Assembly: GCA_965223905.1 (NCBI GenBank)
Contig: CBDCXV010000009.1
Location: 704,001 to 768,000, forward strand
DNA: 64,000 nt
Reading direction: 5' to 3'
Source: Candidatus Latescibacterota bacterium
GTDB taxonomy: Bacteria > Latescibacterota > UBA2968 > UBA8231
Shown: piece after piece, positions 1-9,065 of the stretch
Layout of the letters: each line of letters opens with the position of its first letter
Numbering within the stretch: position 1 is the first letter of the stretch
The notes under the pieces: generated by a model
Database searches by the model: none
The model's input: only the letters and a program-made list of their open reading frames with translations
Told to the model about the DNA's origin: nothing
Translations under genes and position numbers: made by a program

Positions 1-2
1 TG

Positions 3-395
3 CATCCGCGCACCCGCAACAACCTGCGCCGCTTCGGTCTCGAGGGACTGGTCGCCGCAGCCGGGAACCTGCGTCTCGTCGAGCCGCTCGGTTATCTCGA
101 CATGCTGCACCTGCTCTCATCCTCCGCCATCGCCCTGGTGGACTCTGGCGGCATTCAGGAGGAGACCACCGTGCTCGGCGTCCCCTGCCTGACCCTCAGG
201 GAATCGACCGAGAGGCCGATCACCCTCACCCAGGGAACCAACAGGCTGACGGGAATCGCAACCGGGCGTATCGTCGAGGAGGCGGGGCGGGTCCTCGACG
301 GCGAGGCCCCGCAAGGGAGCATACCCGACCTCTGGGACGGTCGCAGCGCCGAGCGCCTGGTCGCGCACCTGCGGCGGCCGCTCGAGCGCAGATGA
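3..395 (+). CDS. wecB: UDP-N-acetylglucosamine 2-epimerase (non-hydrolysing), 3' part; gene starts before the window
   Basis: Frame open from the window edge (HPRTRNNL...EPLGYLD); contains [26 protein letters not shown], the C-terminal signature of the family. Confidence 0.92.
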   Translation, partial: HPRTRNNLRRFGLEGLVAAAGNLRLVEPLGYLDMLHLLSSSAIALVDSGGIQEETTVLGVPCLTLRESTERPITLTQGTNRLTGIATGRIVEEAGRVLDGEAPQGSIPDLWDGRSAERLVAHLRRPLERR

Positions 396-426
396 CGCCG
401 GCGACGGAAAGCGAACGGAGCGCCGA

Positions 427-1359
427 ATGAGAGTGCTGATAACGGGAGGGGCCGGTTTCATCGGCTCCCATCTTTGCGACCTCTTCCTGGCGGAAGGCTG
501 CGAGGTGATCTGCATGGACAACCTGCTGACCGGCAGGCTGGAGAACATCGCCGGGCATTTCGACGATCCCAGGTTTCGCTTCGCCCGCTACGACGTGACC
601 GAGTACCTCGACGTCGACGGGGACCTCGACTACATCCTGCATTTCGCCAGCCCGGCCAGTCCCGCCGACTTCGAGGAACTGGGGATCCGCATCCTCAAGG
701 TCGGCGCCCTCGGGACCCACAAGACCCTCGGCCTGGCGCGGGCCAAGGGGGCGAGGTTCCTTCTGGCCTCGACCTCAGAGGTCTACGGCGACCCCCTCGT
801 CCACCCGCAGAGCGAGGAGTACCGGGGCAACGTGAACTGCATCGGCATCCGCGGCGTCTACGACGAGGCCAAGCGCTTCGCCGAGTCGATGGCGATGGCC
901 TACAACCGCACTCACGGCATCGACGTGCGCATAGTGAGGATCTTCAACACCTACGGAGAGCGCATGCGCAGGAACGACGGCCGCGCCGTCCCCAACTTCA
1001 TATCCCAGGCCCTGGCCGGGGAAGACGTCACCGTGTACGGCGACGGCAGCCAGACGCGCAGCATCCAGCACGTCAGCGACCTCGTAGCCGGGATTCGCGC
1101 CCTGATGCGGTCGGACGTGACCACACCGGTCAACATCGGCAACCCCGCGGAGATGACGATGCGCCAGCTCGCCGGGAAGATCATCGAGCTGGCCGCTAGC
1201 GGCAGCCGCATCGCTTACCGGCCCCTGCCCGAGGACGACCCGAAAATCCGCCTGCCGGACATTACCAAGGCGCGCAGCCTGTTGAACTGGGAGCCGAAGG
1301 TCGCCCCGGACGAGGGGCTGCGGCGCACCATAGAGTGGTTTCGAAAGGAGCACTCGTGA
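427..1359 (+). CDS. UDP-glucuronate decarboxylase (UDP-xylose synthase)-like extended SDR
   Basis: [10 protein letters not shown] Rossmann motif, [21 protein letters not shown] catalytic YxxxK, RIFNTYG, DDPKIR. Confidence 0.9.
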   Translation: MRVLITGGAGFIGSHLCDLFLAEGCEVICMDNLLTGRLENIAGHFDDPRFRFARYDVTEYLDVDGDLDYILHFASPASPADFEELGIRILKVGALGTHKTLGLARAKGARFLLASTSEVYGDPLVHPQSEEYRGNVNCIGIRGVYDEAKRFAESMAMAYNRTHGIDVRIVRIFNTYGERMRRNDGRAVPNFISQALAGEDVTVYGDGSQTRSIQHVSDLVAGIRALMRSDVTTPVNIGNPAEMTMRQLAGKIIELAASGSRIAYRPLPEDDPKIRLPDITKARSLLNWEPKVAPDEGLRRTIEWFRKEHS

Positions 1360-1478
1360 GCACTGTCGGTGGACCTTGTTTACTCCCCGGATGCGCGCCG
1401 GAGGAGAGTCTGCGAAAGGGCAGGCGCGACCGGTCCGCCAAGGTGTGCGAAGTCGCGGGGAACCGCGGCGCCCGCTTC

Positions 1479-2924
1479 ATGAGGAAGCGCGGCGGGCAGT
1501 TGCTGCTCCCGCTGTGTCTCGCCCTGGCAGTCTGCGGCTGCGCCTCGGCCCCGCCGGTGAAGACACAGGGACACGGGCTCGTATTGCCCCCTCTGTGGCA
1601 CGGGCAGGACGGGTCCGGTTCCGGCCCGGTGGACGAGCTCTGGTGGCGGCGCTACGACCCGGCGCTCAGCCGGCTGCTCTCCGAAGCGCTGCAGCACAAC
1701 CACAGTCTCGAGGCCGCGGCTTCCCGGGTAGCGGCCGCGGCTGCGCAGGGGCGCATCGCCGGCGCCCCGCAATGGCCGCAACTGGGGGCCACAGGCACCG
1801 GGTCGCGGCGGCGGCAGAACTTCGCGGGCTTTCCGCTGCCGACAGGCGGCAGGGAGGTGCTGGCGACGACCACCAACAGTTTCGGCGTCTCCCTCAACGT
1901 CAGCTGGGAGGTCGACCTGTGGGGCCGGCTGCGGGCGGGCCAGGCCGCGGCGCTCGCCGAGGTTTTGGCGAGCCGGGCCGACCTGGCGGGTGCGCGCCTG
2001 TCGCTGATCGCGCAGACCGCGCGCGCCTACTGGGCGGCGACCGAAGCCCTGAAACAGGTGGACCTGGCGGCCGCGGCGGCAGCCGACGCGCGGCTGTCGA
2101 CCGGGCAGGTCGAGGAGCGCTACCGGCGCGGCCTGCGCTCCGCCCTGGACCTGCGCCTGGCGCGGTCGAGCGAGGCGGCGGCCGAGGCCGTGCTGAGCCA
2201 GCGCCGGCACCGGCTCGATCTGCTCAAGCGGCAACTGGAGATACTCCTGGGCCGGTACCCGGCCGCCGAGATCGAGACCGGGGCGGAGCTGCCGGAGGTC
2301 GCAGATCCGATACCCCCCGGCCTGCCGGCGGATCTGCTGGCGCGGAGGCCGGACCTGGTGGCCGCGGAGCGTCGTCTCGCCGCCGCGGACGCTCGCCTCA
2401 GCGAGGCCCGCCGGGCGCTGTACCCGCGCATCAGCCTGACCGGCTCCGGCGGCCGGTCCAGCGCCGAGTTGAGGGACCTTCTCAACGGGGACTTCGGCGT
2501 CTGGAGTCTCCTGGGAAACCTGACCCAGCCGCTGCTCCAGGGCGGCCGCCTGCGCGCCGGGGTAGACCTGGCGGAGGCCAACAGGGAGCAGGCAGTGGCG
2601 GGATTCGCCCAGCAGGTGCTGCTCGCCTGCGGCGAGGTGGAGAGCGCCCTCGGGGCAGACGCCTACCTCGCTGAGCAGGAGACGGCGCTGCAGCGCGCCG
2701 CGGAGGAGGCGGCGGCGGCCCGGAGACTGGCGCGGGAGCGCTACGACCGGGGCCTGGCCGACCTGATCGCCCTGCTCGAAGCCCAGCGCCGCGCCTACGA
2801 CGCCGAGAGTCAGCTCGCCTCGGTGCGGCGGCAGCGCCTGGACAACCGCACCGATCTGCATCTCGCCCTCGGAGGGGATATCAGCGCCGCGGCCGTGTCC
2901 GAAATTCCAAGCGAGTCGAACTAA
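1479..2924 (+). CDS. RND efflux outer-membrane lipoprotein (NodT/OprM family)
   Basis: Lipobox-like LAVCGC; WEVDLWGRLR and GLPADLLARRPDLVAAERRLAAA motifs; ATG at 1479 preferred over the longer ORF start. Confidence 0.88.
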   Translation: MRKRGGQLLLPLCLALAVCGCASAPPVKTQGHGLVLPPLWHGQDGSGSGPVDELWWRRYDPALSRLLSEALQHNHSLEAAASRVAAAAAQGRIAGAPQWPQLGATGTGSRRRQNFAGFPLPTGGREVLATTTNSFGVSLNVSWEVDLWGRLRAGQAAALAEVLASRADLAGARLSLIAQTARAYWAATEALKQVDLAAAAAADARLSTGQVEERYRRGLRSALDLRLARSSEAAAEAVLSQRRHRLDLLKRQLEILLGRYPAAEIETGAELPEVADPIPPGLPADLLARRPDLVAAERRLAAADARLSEARRALYPRISLTGSGGRSSAELRDLLNGDFGVWSLLGNLTQPLLQGGRLRAGVDLAEANREQAVAGFAQQVLLACGEVESALGADAYLAEQETALQRAAEEAAAARRLARERYDRGLADLIALLEAQRRAYDAESQLASVRRQRLDNRTDLHLALGGDISAAAVSEIPSESN

Positions 2925-4187
2925 GTGGAACAGACTGGACCGATGTCGAAAAAACCCACCGGATCGCGCCTGTGGCGGATCCTGATCCCGATCGCAATCG
3001 TCGCCGCCGGCGCCGGGGTGTACGCCGGGATGGTCGCCATGAAAACCCCCCCGCCCCGCCGCCCGCGCGCCCACATGGGCCCGTTGGTGGAAACCATCTC
3101 CGCGCCGGCGCAGTCGCTGCGCGTGACCGTGAAGGGGCACGGGACCGTGCGCCCCGCCGAGGAGATCGACCTGGTTCCGCAGGTCGCCGGGACCGTCGTG
3201 TGGAAATCGCCGCGGTTCGAATCGGGCGGCTTCTTCAAGCGCGGCGAGCTGCTGCTGCAGATCGATCCCAGGGAGTACCGACTCGCCGTCGAGGTCGCCC
3301 AGGCCGAGGTTGCGCAGAGCCAGTACGCCCTCGAGGTGGCGCGGGGAGAGGCCGGTGTCGCCCGCCAGGAATGGGAGCTGATCCAGGGACCCGAGGGGGA
3401 TTCGAACCCGCTGGCCCTGCACGTTCCCCAGCTGCGAGCCGCCGAGGCGAGGCTGCAGGCCGCCAGGGCGCGCGCCGAAGAGGCGCGCCTGCGGCTCGAG
3501 CGCACCGAGCTGTACGCGCCGTTCGACGGGCGGGTCGGAGAAACCCGGCTAGACCGCGGGCAGTTTGCGTTCGCGGGGCAATCCCTGGCCCGCATCCACG
3601 CCACCGGGGCGGTCGAGATCGTAGTGCCGGTAGCGGACGAGGATCTCGCCTGGATCGAGCTGCCAGTTGTCGATGGCAACGGCAGCGGGAACCGGGGCGA
3701 TCGGGCAGGGGTGGTGACCGCCATCGGCGAGGGCCGTGAGGACGCCGCCGAACCGGTCTTCCCGGGCGCCGCAATCAGCGGCCGCTACGCCGGCCGCGAG
3801 CGCCGCTGGCAGGGGGTGGTGCGCCGCATCGAAGGGGAGCTCGACCCGCGCAGCCGCCTGGCGAACCTGGTGGTCGAGGTCGCCGACCCCTATGCCGATC
3901 CGGAGGCGCCGCTGGTCGTGGGGGCGTTCGTCGACGTAGAGATCGCCGGCCGCTCCGTCGACGGGGTGCGAACGCTTCCGCGCTACGCCCTGCGCGATGA
4001 CGGCAGCATCTGGGTAGCGGCCGCGGACGGTACCTTGCGGGTGCGTCCGGCCGGCGTCGTCCACCGGCGCGGGGAAGAGGTGCTCGTCTACGCCGACCTC
4101 GAGCCCGGGGAGGAGGTCGTGGTCTCGGCGCTGCAGGGGGTCACCGACGGCATGCGCATCCGCGTCGCCGGGGAGGAACCGCGATGA
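2925..4187 (+). CDS. RND efflux periplasmic adaptor (MFP) subunit
   Basis: N-terminal TM; lipoyl half motifs (PQVAGTVV, LYAPFDGRV); coiled hairpin; lies between OMF and RND genes. Confidence 0.88.
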   Translation: MEQTGPMSKKPTGSRLWRILIPIAIVAAGAGVYAGMVAMKTPPPRRPRAHMGPLVETISAPAQSLRVTVKGHGTVRPAEEIDLVPQVAGTVVWKSPRFESGGFFKRGELLLQIDPREYRLAVEVAQAEVAQSQYALEVARGEAGVARQEWELIQGPEGDSNPLALHVPQLRAAEARLQAARARAEEARLRLERTELYAPFDGRVGETRLDRGQFAFAGQSLARIHATGAVEIVVPVADEDLAWIELPVVDGNGSGNRGDRAGVVTAIGEGREDAAEPVFPGAAISGRYAGRERRWQGVVRRIEGELDPRSRLANLVVEVADPYADPEAPLVVGAFVDVEIAGRSVDGVRTLPRYALRDDGSIWVAAADGTLRVRPAGVVHRRGEEVLVYADLEPGEEVVVSALQGVTDGMRIRVAGEEPR

Positions 4188-7100
4188 GGGCCCCCGTCAC
4201 CTGGATGGCCCGCAACCACGTCGCCGCCAACCTGCTGATGTGTTTTCTCCTGCTTTCCGGGTTTCTCGGCATTGCGGGGATGCGCAAGGAGACCTTCCCC
4301 GAGTTCTCGTTCGACCAGATCCAGATACAGGTTCCCTACCTCGGCGCCAGTCCGGAAGAGGTGGAGGACGGGGTCTGCCGCCGGGTCGAGGAGCGCCTCG
4401 CCGGCCTTTCGGGAATCCGGCGCGTCCAGTCGACGGCCTCGGAGGGCATGGGAATCATCACCGCAGAGCTCGAGCAGGGGGAGGATTCCAGCCGCATCCT
4501 CGACGACATCAAGGCCGCCGTCGACCGCATCGAGACCTTCCCCGTGGAAACCGAGAAGCCGGTGGTCAAGGAGTCGGTGCGGCGCAACCAGGTGATCGAC
4601 GTGGTCGTTTACGGGGATGTGCCCGAGAAGACCCTGAAGGTCGTCGCCGAAAGGGTCCGCGACGATCTGCGCGCGACGCCCGGCATTTCCCAGGTCGAGC
4701 TCTCGGGGGTGCGCGTCGACGAGATCTCGATCGAAGTGCCCGAACGCACCCTGCGAGAGCACCGCCTGACCTTCAGCGAGATCTCCGGCGCCGTGCGGCG
4801 CGCCAGCCTCGACATGCCGGGGGGGAGCGTGCGCAGCGAGGACGGCGAGATCCTGGTGCGCACCAAGGGGTTGAAATACCGGGGCAGCGAGTACGCCGAC
4901 ATCCCCGTGCTGTCGCGGGCGGACGGCACGGAGCTGAGACTCGGGGACATAGCGACGATCGTCGACGGCTTCGAGGACGGCGACCTGATCTCCCGCTTCA
5001 ACGGCCAGCCCGCGGCCGTGGTCCAGGTGTTCCGGACCGGCGAGCAGAGCGCCCTGGAAATTTCGGAATTCGTGAAGGAATACATCGCGGAGCAGCAGGG
5101 ACACCTGCCCGCGGGGGTGGGCATCGGCTACGCCAGGGACGACGCCCGCCTGCTGCTCAGCCGCCTCGACCTGCTTCTGCGCAACGCGCAGCTCGGACTG
5201 GTGCTGGTGTTCATCTGCCTCAGCCTGTTTCTCGACCTGCGGCTCGCCTTCTGGGTGATGATGGGCATCCCGATCTCGCTGCTGGGCAGCTTTCTGCTGA
5301 TGCAGCCCTTCGACCTGTCGATCAACATGCTGTCGCTGTTCGCCTTCATCGTCTCCCTCGGAATCGTCGTCGACGACGCCATCGTCGTCGGCGAGAACAT
5401 CTTCGCCCACCGGGAGCGCGGCAAGGATTTCGTCACGGCCGCGGTCGACGGCACCCTGGAGGTCGGCAAACCAGTCGTCTTCGCGATCTTCACCAGCGTC
5501 GCCGCCTTCGCGCCCCTGGCGTTCGTCGCCGGCATGATGGGCAAGTTCATTGGGATCATTCCCATCATCGTCGTGTCCATGCTCCTGGTCTCCCTGGTCG
5601 AGGCGCTGATGATACTGCCGGCCCATCTCAGCGGCAACGGCGACGGGCCGCTGCAGCGCGTCTGGACGCGTCTGTTCCGCACCCCGCTGGGCTGGCACCG
5701 CGCCCTGCGACGCTTGGTGGACCGCAATCTCCGGCGCCTCATCGACGGCCCCTACACCCGGACGGTGCGGGCCGCGGTCGCCCGCCCGGCCACCGCAATC
5801 GCCGTCGGCCTGGCCCTGATGCTGGGAACCGCGGGAATGGTCACCGGCGGGCACATCAAGTTCACCTTCATGCCGCAAATCGATTCCGACTGGCTCATAG
5901 TTTCCCTGGCGATGCCCCAGGGCACCACCGCGGCGCAGACGGAAGCGGTGGTGAGCCGGATAGAGAAGGCTACCCTGGAAGTCCGCGACGAGTACGACGA
6001 GGCCAACCCGGGGGAGCTCTCGGTTTTCAAGCATGTCTTCACCGTCGTCGGCGACCAGCCGATGGGACGGAGATCGCAGATTGCGGCGCTGGGGCCCGGC
6101 GGCGGGCAGGGCCATCTGGCCGAGATCACCATCGAGCTCCTGCCTTCGGAGCAACGCGAGGTCGGCAGCACCGAGATAGCCGCCCGCCTGCGCGAACGGG
6201 TGGGTGAGATCCCGGGGGCGGAATCGCTGCGGTTTACGGCCTCGATATTCTCCGCCGGCAACCCCGTCGAGGTGCAGCTGTCGTCGGAGGACTTCGATCA
6301 GCTGTTGCAGGCGGTGGAGCGTCTCAAGGAGGAAGTGGCGAGCTACCCGGGCACCGGCGACATCGAAGACAGCTTTCAGGAAGGCAAGCAGGAGATGAAG
6401 CTCTCCCTTAAACCGGCCGCGCGGACCCTCGGCATCACCCTGGCCGACCTGGCGCGGCAGGTGCGACAGGGGTTTTACGGCGACCAGGCCCTGCGCGTGC
6501 AGCGGGGCAACGACGATGTCCGGGTCATGATCCGCTACCCCGCCGCGGAGCGCCGCACCCTGAACGACATCGAGAGCATGCGCATCCGCACCCCGGCCGG
6601 CGCCGAGGTGCCGTTCTCGGAGGTGGCCGAATCCTCGATCGGCTACGGGTACGCCGTCATCCGGCGGATAGAGGGGGAGCGGGTGGTCACCGTCACCGCA
6701 GACGTCGAAGAGTCGATCGCCAACGCCGAGGAGATCAACCGCGACCTCGAAACGAGGTTCCTGCCGGACCTGCTGGAGGACTACCCCGGCCTGCGCTACA
6801 GCTACGCCGGTGAGCAACGGGAGCGCGCCGACTCCTTCTCCAGCCTGGGACGCGGCTTCGTAGTCGCCATGTTCGCCATCTATGCCCTGCTGGCCGTCCC
6901 GTTCCGCTCCTACATACAGCCCCTGGTGATCATGAGCGCGATACCATTCGGGATGATGGGGGCGGTGTGGGGACATGTGCTGATGGGGCTCGACCTCGGG
7001 CTGCTCAGCGTATTCGGCATCGTCGCGCTCTCGGGAGTGGTCGTCAACGACTCCCTCATCCTGCTGAGCTTCTACAACCAGCTGCGCGACCAGGGGGTCG

Positions 7101-7399
7101 AGCGGGACCAGGCCCTGGTGGAGGCGGGACGCCAGCGCTTCCGGCCGATCCTGCTTACGTCGCTGACGACCTTCCTGGCGCTGCTGCCGATGATTCTCGA
7201 GAAGAGCGTGCAGGCGCAGTTCCTGATTCCGATGGCGGTCAGCCTCGCCTTCGGGATCCTGTTCGCCACCGGGATCATCCTCGTCGGCGTTCCCGCCTCG
7301 ATGAAGGTAGTGGCCGTGCTGCAGGAGCTCGCAGCCTCCTGGCGCGTTCCGGAAACCCCCCGGGCGGCACCGGTTCAGGCGGCCCGCAGCGCGCCTTGA
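4184..7399 (+). CDS. RND efflux permease (AcrB/AcrD/AcrF family)
   Basis: 1071 aa; LGIVVDDAIVVGENI, GVVVNDSLIL and RFRPILLTSLTT motifs; ATGA overlap with the MFP gene. Confidence 0.93.
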   Translation: MRAPVTWMARNHVAANLLMCFLLLSGFLGIAGMRKETFPEFSFDQIQIQVPYLGASPEEVEDGVCRRVEERLAGLSGIRRVQSTASEGMGIITAELEQGEDSSRILDDIKAAVDRIETFPVETEKPVVKESVRRNQVIDVVVYGDVPEKTLKVVAERVRDDLRATPGISQVELSGVRVDEISIEVPERTLREHRLTFSEISGAVRRASLDMPGGSVRSEDGEILVRTKGLKYRGSEYADIPVLSRADGTELRLGDIATIVDGFEDGDLISRFNGQPAAVVQVFRTGEQSALEISEFVKEYIAEQQGHLPAGVGIGYARDDARLLLSRLDLLLRNAQLGLVLVFICLSLFLDLRLAFWVMMGIPISLLGSFLLMQPFDLSINMLSLFAFIVSLGIVVDDAIVVGENIFAHRERGKDFVTAAVDGTLEVGKPVVFAIFTSVAAFAPLAFVAGMMGKFIGIIPIIVVSMLLVSLVEALMILPAHLSGNGDGPLQRVWTRLFRTPLGWHRALRRLVDRNLRRLIDGPYTRTVRAAVARPATAIAVGLALMLGTAGMVTGGHIKFTFMPQIDSDWLIVSLAMPQGTTAAQTEAVVSRIEKATLEVRDEYDEANPGELSVFKHVFTVVGDQPMGRRSQIAALGPGGGQGHLAEITIELLPSEQREVGSTEIAARLRERVGEIPGAESLRFTASIFSAGNPVEVQLSSEDFDQLLQAVERLKEEVASYPGTGDIEDSFQEGKQEMKLSLKPAARTLGITLADLARQVRQGFYGDQALRVQRGNDDVRVMIRYPAAERRTLNDIESMRIRTPAGAEVPFSEVAESSIGYGYAVIRRIEGERVVTVTADVEESIANAEEINRDLETRFLPDLLEDYPGLRYSYAGEQRERADSFSSLGRGFVVAMFAIYALLAVPFRSYIQPLVIMSAIPFGMMGAVWGHVLMGLDLGLLSVFGIVALSGVVVNDSLILLSFYNQLRDQGVERDQALVEAGRQRFRPILLTSLTTFLALLPMILEKSVQAQFLIPMAVSLAFGILFATGIILVGVPASMKVVAVLQELAASWRVPETPRAAPVQAARSAP

Positions 7400-7506
7400 C
7401 ACTCCAAGAGCCCCGGCTATCTTTGCCGGTCGCTTCAGACGAAAATCCACGAAAAAGGGACCGGCGGCGTCCCGGCGCCGGTTGTCTTCCATAAAGGAGC
7501 AGGGCT

Positions 7507-8415
7507 TTGAAGAACTTCGAATACACGGCTCCGCAAACCCTGAGAGAAGCAGTCCGACTGCTGGCGGAGAAAGGGTCGGACGCGCGCGTCCTGGCGGGGG
7601 GAACCGACCTGATCGTGCAGATGCGGATCAACCGGCATCGCCCCGACCGCGTCGTCGACGTCAAGAACATCCGCGAGGTCAACGAGCTGGCCGTCCGGCC
7701 GCGCAAGGGCCTGGTCATCGGCGCCGCGGTTCCCTGCCATCGCATCTACGACGACAGCGAGATCTGCGAGCGCTACCCGGGCCTCGTCGACGCCGCGGCG
7801 ATCATCGGGGGCATCCAGATCCAGGGCCGCGCCACCTTCGGGGGCAACCTCTGCAACTCCTCGCCGAGCGCCGACACCACTCCGATCCTGATCGCCCACG
7901 GAGCCACCGCGGAAATTACCGGCCCCGAGGGCAAGCGCCGCGTCGCGGTCGAGGATTTCTGCACCGGCCCGGGAACCAACGTCCTGGGGGACGGCGAACT
8001 GCTGGTCTCCCTGGTGGTGCCGCTCAACCGCAGGAACAGCGGCTCCCACTACCTGCGCTTCATCCCGCGAAACGAGATGGACATCGCCGTCGTCGGCGCC
8101 GGGGCCTGCGTCGAGCTGGGCAGGCGCGGCAAGGTTTTCAAGAGTGCACGCATTGCCCTCGGAGCGGTAGCACCTACCCCTCTTTACGCCCGGGAGGCGA
8201 GCGAGAGTCTCGCCGGGAAGCCGGTGAGCGAGGAGACGATCGCCGAGGCGGCCGAGGCGGCCCAGGGGATCGCCCGGCCGATTTCCGACATGCGCGGTCC
8301 TGCGGATTATCGCACCCACCTCGTCGGGGTCCTGGTCAAGCGGGCCCTCAACGGCGCCGTTGCCCGCGCCCGAGGCCAGTTCGTCGCCAACGCCGTCCAG
8401 GAAGCGGCGGGATAG
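7507..8415 (+). CDS. Xanthine dehydrogenase/CoxM-family FAD-binding subunit
   Basis: LAGGTDL, ATFGGNLCNSSPSAD and PISDMRGPADYR; TTG start after AAAGGAG. Confidence 0.9.
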   Translation: MKNFEYTAPQTLREAVRLLAEKGSDARVLAGGTDLIVQMRINRHRPDRVVDVKNIREVNELAVRPRKGLVIGAAVPCHRIYDDSEICERYPGLVDAAAIIGGIQIQGRATFGGNLCNSSPSADTTPILIAHGATAEITGPEGKRRVAVEDFCTGPGTNVLGDGELLVSLVVPLNRRNSGSHYLRFIPRNEMDIAVVGAGACVELGRRGKVFKSARIALGAVAPTPLYAREASESLAGKPVSEETIAEAAEAAQGIARPISDMRGPADYRTHLVGVLVKRALNGAVARARGQFVANAVQEAAG

Positions 8416-8463
8416 GCTGCGAGAGGCCTATCCCGCAGGAGTTTCGCAAGGCGAAACTCCTGC
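8407..8463. other. Two adjacent GC-rich hairpins between the FAD and 2Fe-2S subunit genes
   Basis: GCGGGATAGGC/GCCTATCCCGC (8407-8436) and GCAGGAGTTTCGC/GCGAAACTCCTGC (8435-8463). Confidence 0.6.
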
Positions 8464-8533
8464 TCTTAGGGATGTCAGCGGAAGACAGTGATTCGAGATC
8501 GGACCAATAGTTCAGAAAGGGTAAGTTGAGATC

Positions 8534-9013
8534 ATGAGCGACAAGATTCACCTCAGCTGTAAGTTGAACGGGGAGGCCACCGATTTTCTGTGCGAGGCGC
8601 GGCAGAGCCTGCTCGAGGTGCTGCGCGAGGAGCTGGGATTCACCGGCACAAAGGAGGGCTGCAACGACGGCAACTGCGGCGCCTGCAGCGTGCTGGTCGA
8701 CGGCGTGCTGGTCGACTCCTGCCTGGTGCTCGCCGTCGAGGCCGACGGCAAGGAGATCGCCACGGTCGAGGGCTTGGCGACGCCGGAGGGACTGCATCCC
8801 CTGCAGCAGAAGTTCCTCGAGCACGCCAGCCTGCAGTGCGGCATCTGCACCCCGGGTTTCCTCGTCGCCAGCAAGGCGCTGCTCGACAGGAATCCCGATC
8901 CCAGCGAACACGATGTCCGCCACTGGCTGGCAGGGAACCTCTGCCGCTGCACCGGGTACGACAAGATCGTGCGCGCCGTTCTCGACGCCGCCGAGGAAGT
9001 GCGCGGCGCCTGA
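8534..9013 (+). CDS. Xanthine dehydrogenase/CoxS-family (2Fe-2S) subunit
   Basis: GTKEGCNDGNCGAC, QCGICTPG and GNLCRCTGY. Confidence 0.95.
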   Translation: MSDKIHLSCKLNGEATDFLCEARQSLLEVLREELGFTGTKEGCNDGNCGACSVLVDGVLVDSCLVLAVEADGKEIATVEGLATPEGLHPLQQKFLEHASLQCGICTPGFLVASKALLDRNPDPSEHDVRHWLAGNLCRCTGYDKIVRAVLDAAEEVRGA

Positions 9014-9065
9014 ACGGCGGCCAATCAGGAACCAACCTGCTTTTCAGAAACACGGAGGATGATAG

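Noticed and set aside
4088-7492. Very long antisense or alternate-frame ORFs (also 24712-27837, 44036-47377, 56302-59664, 61748-63754 and many shorter ones)
   Set aside because: Shadows of real genes in high-GC DNA; no motifs
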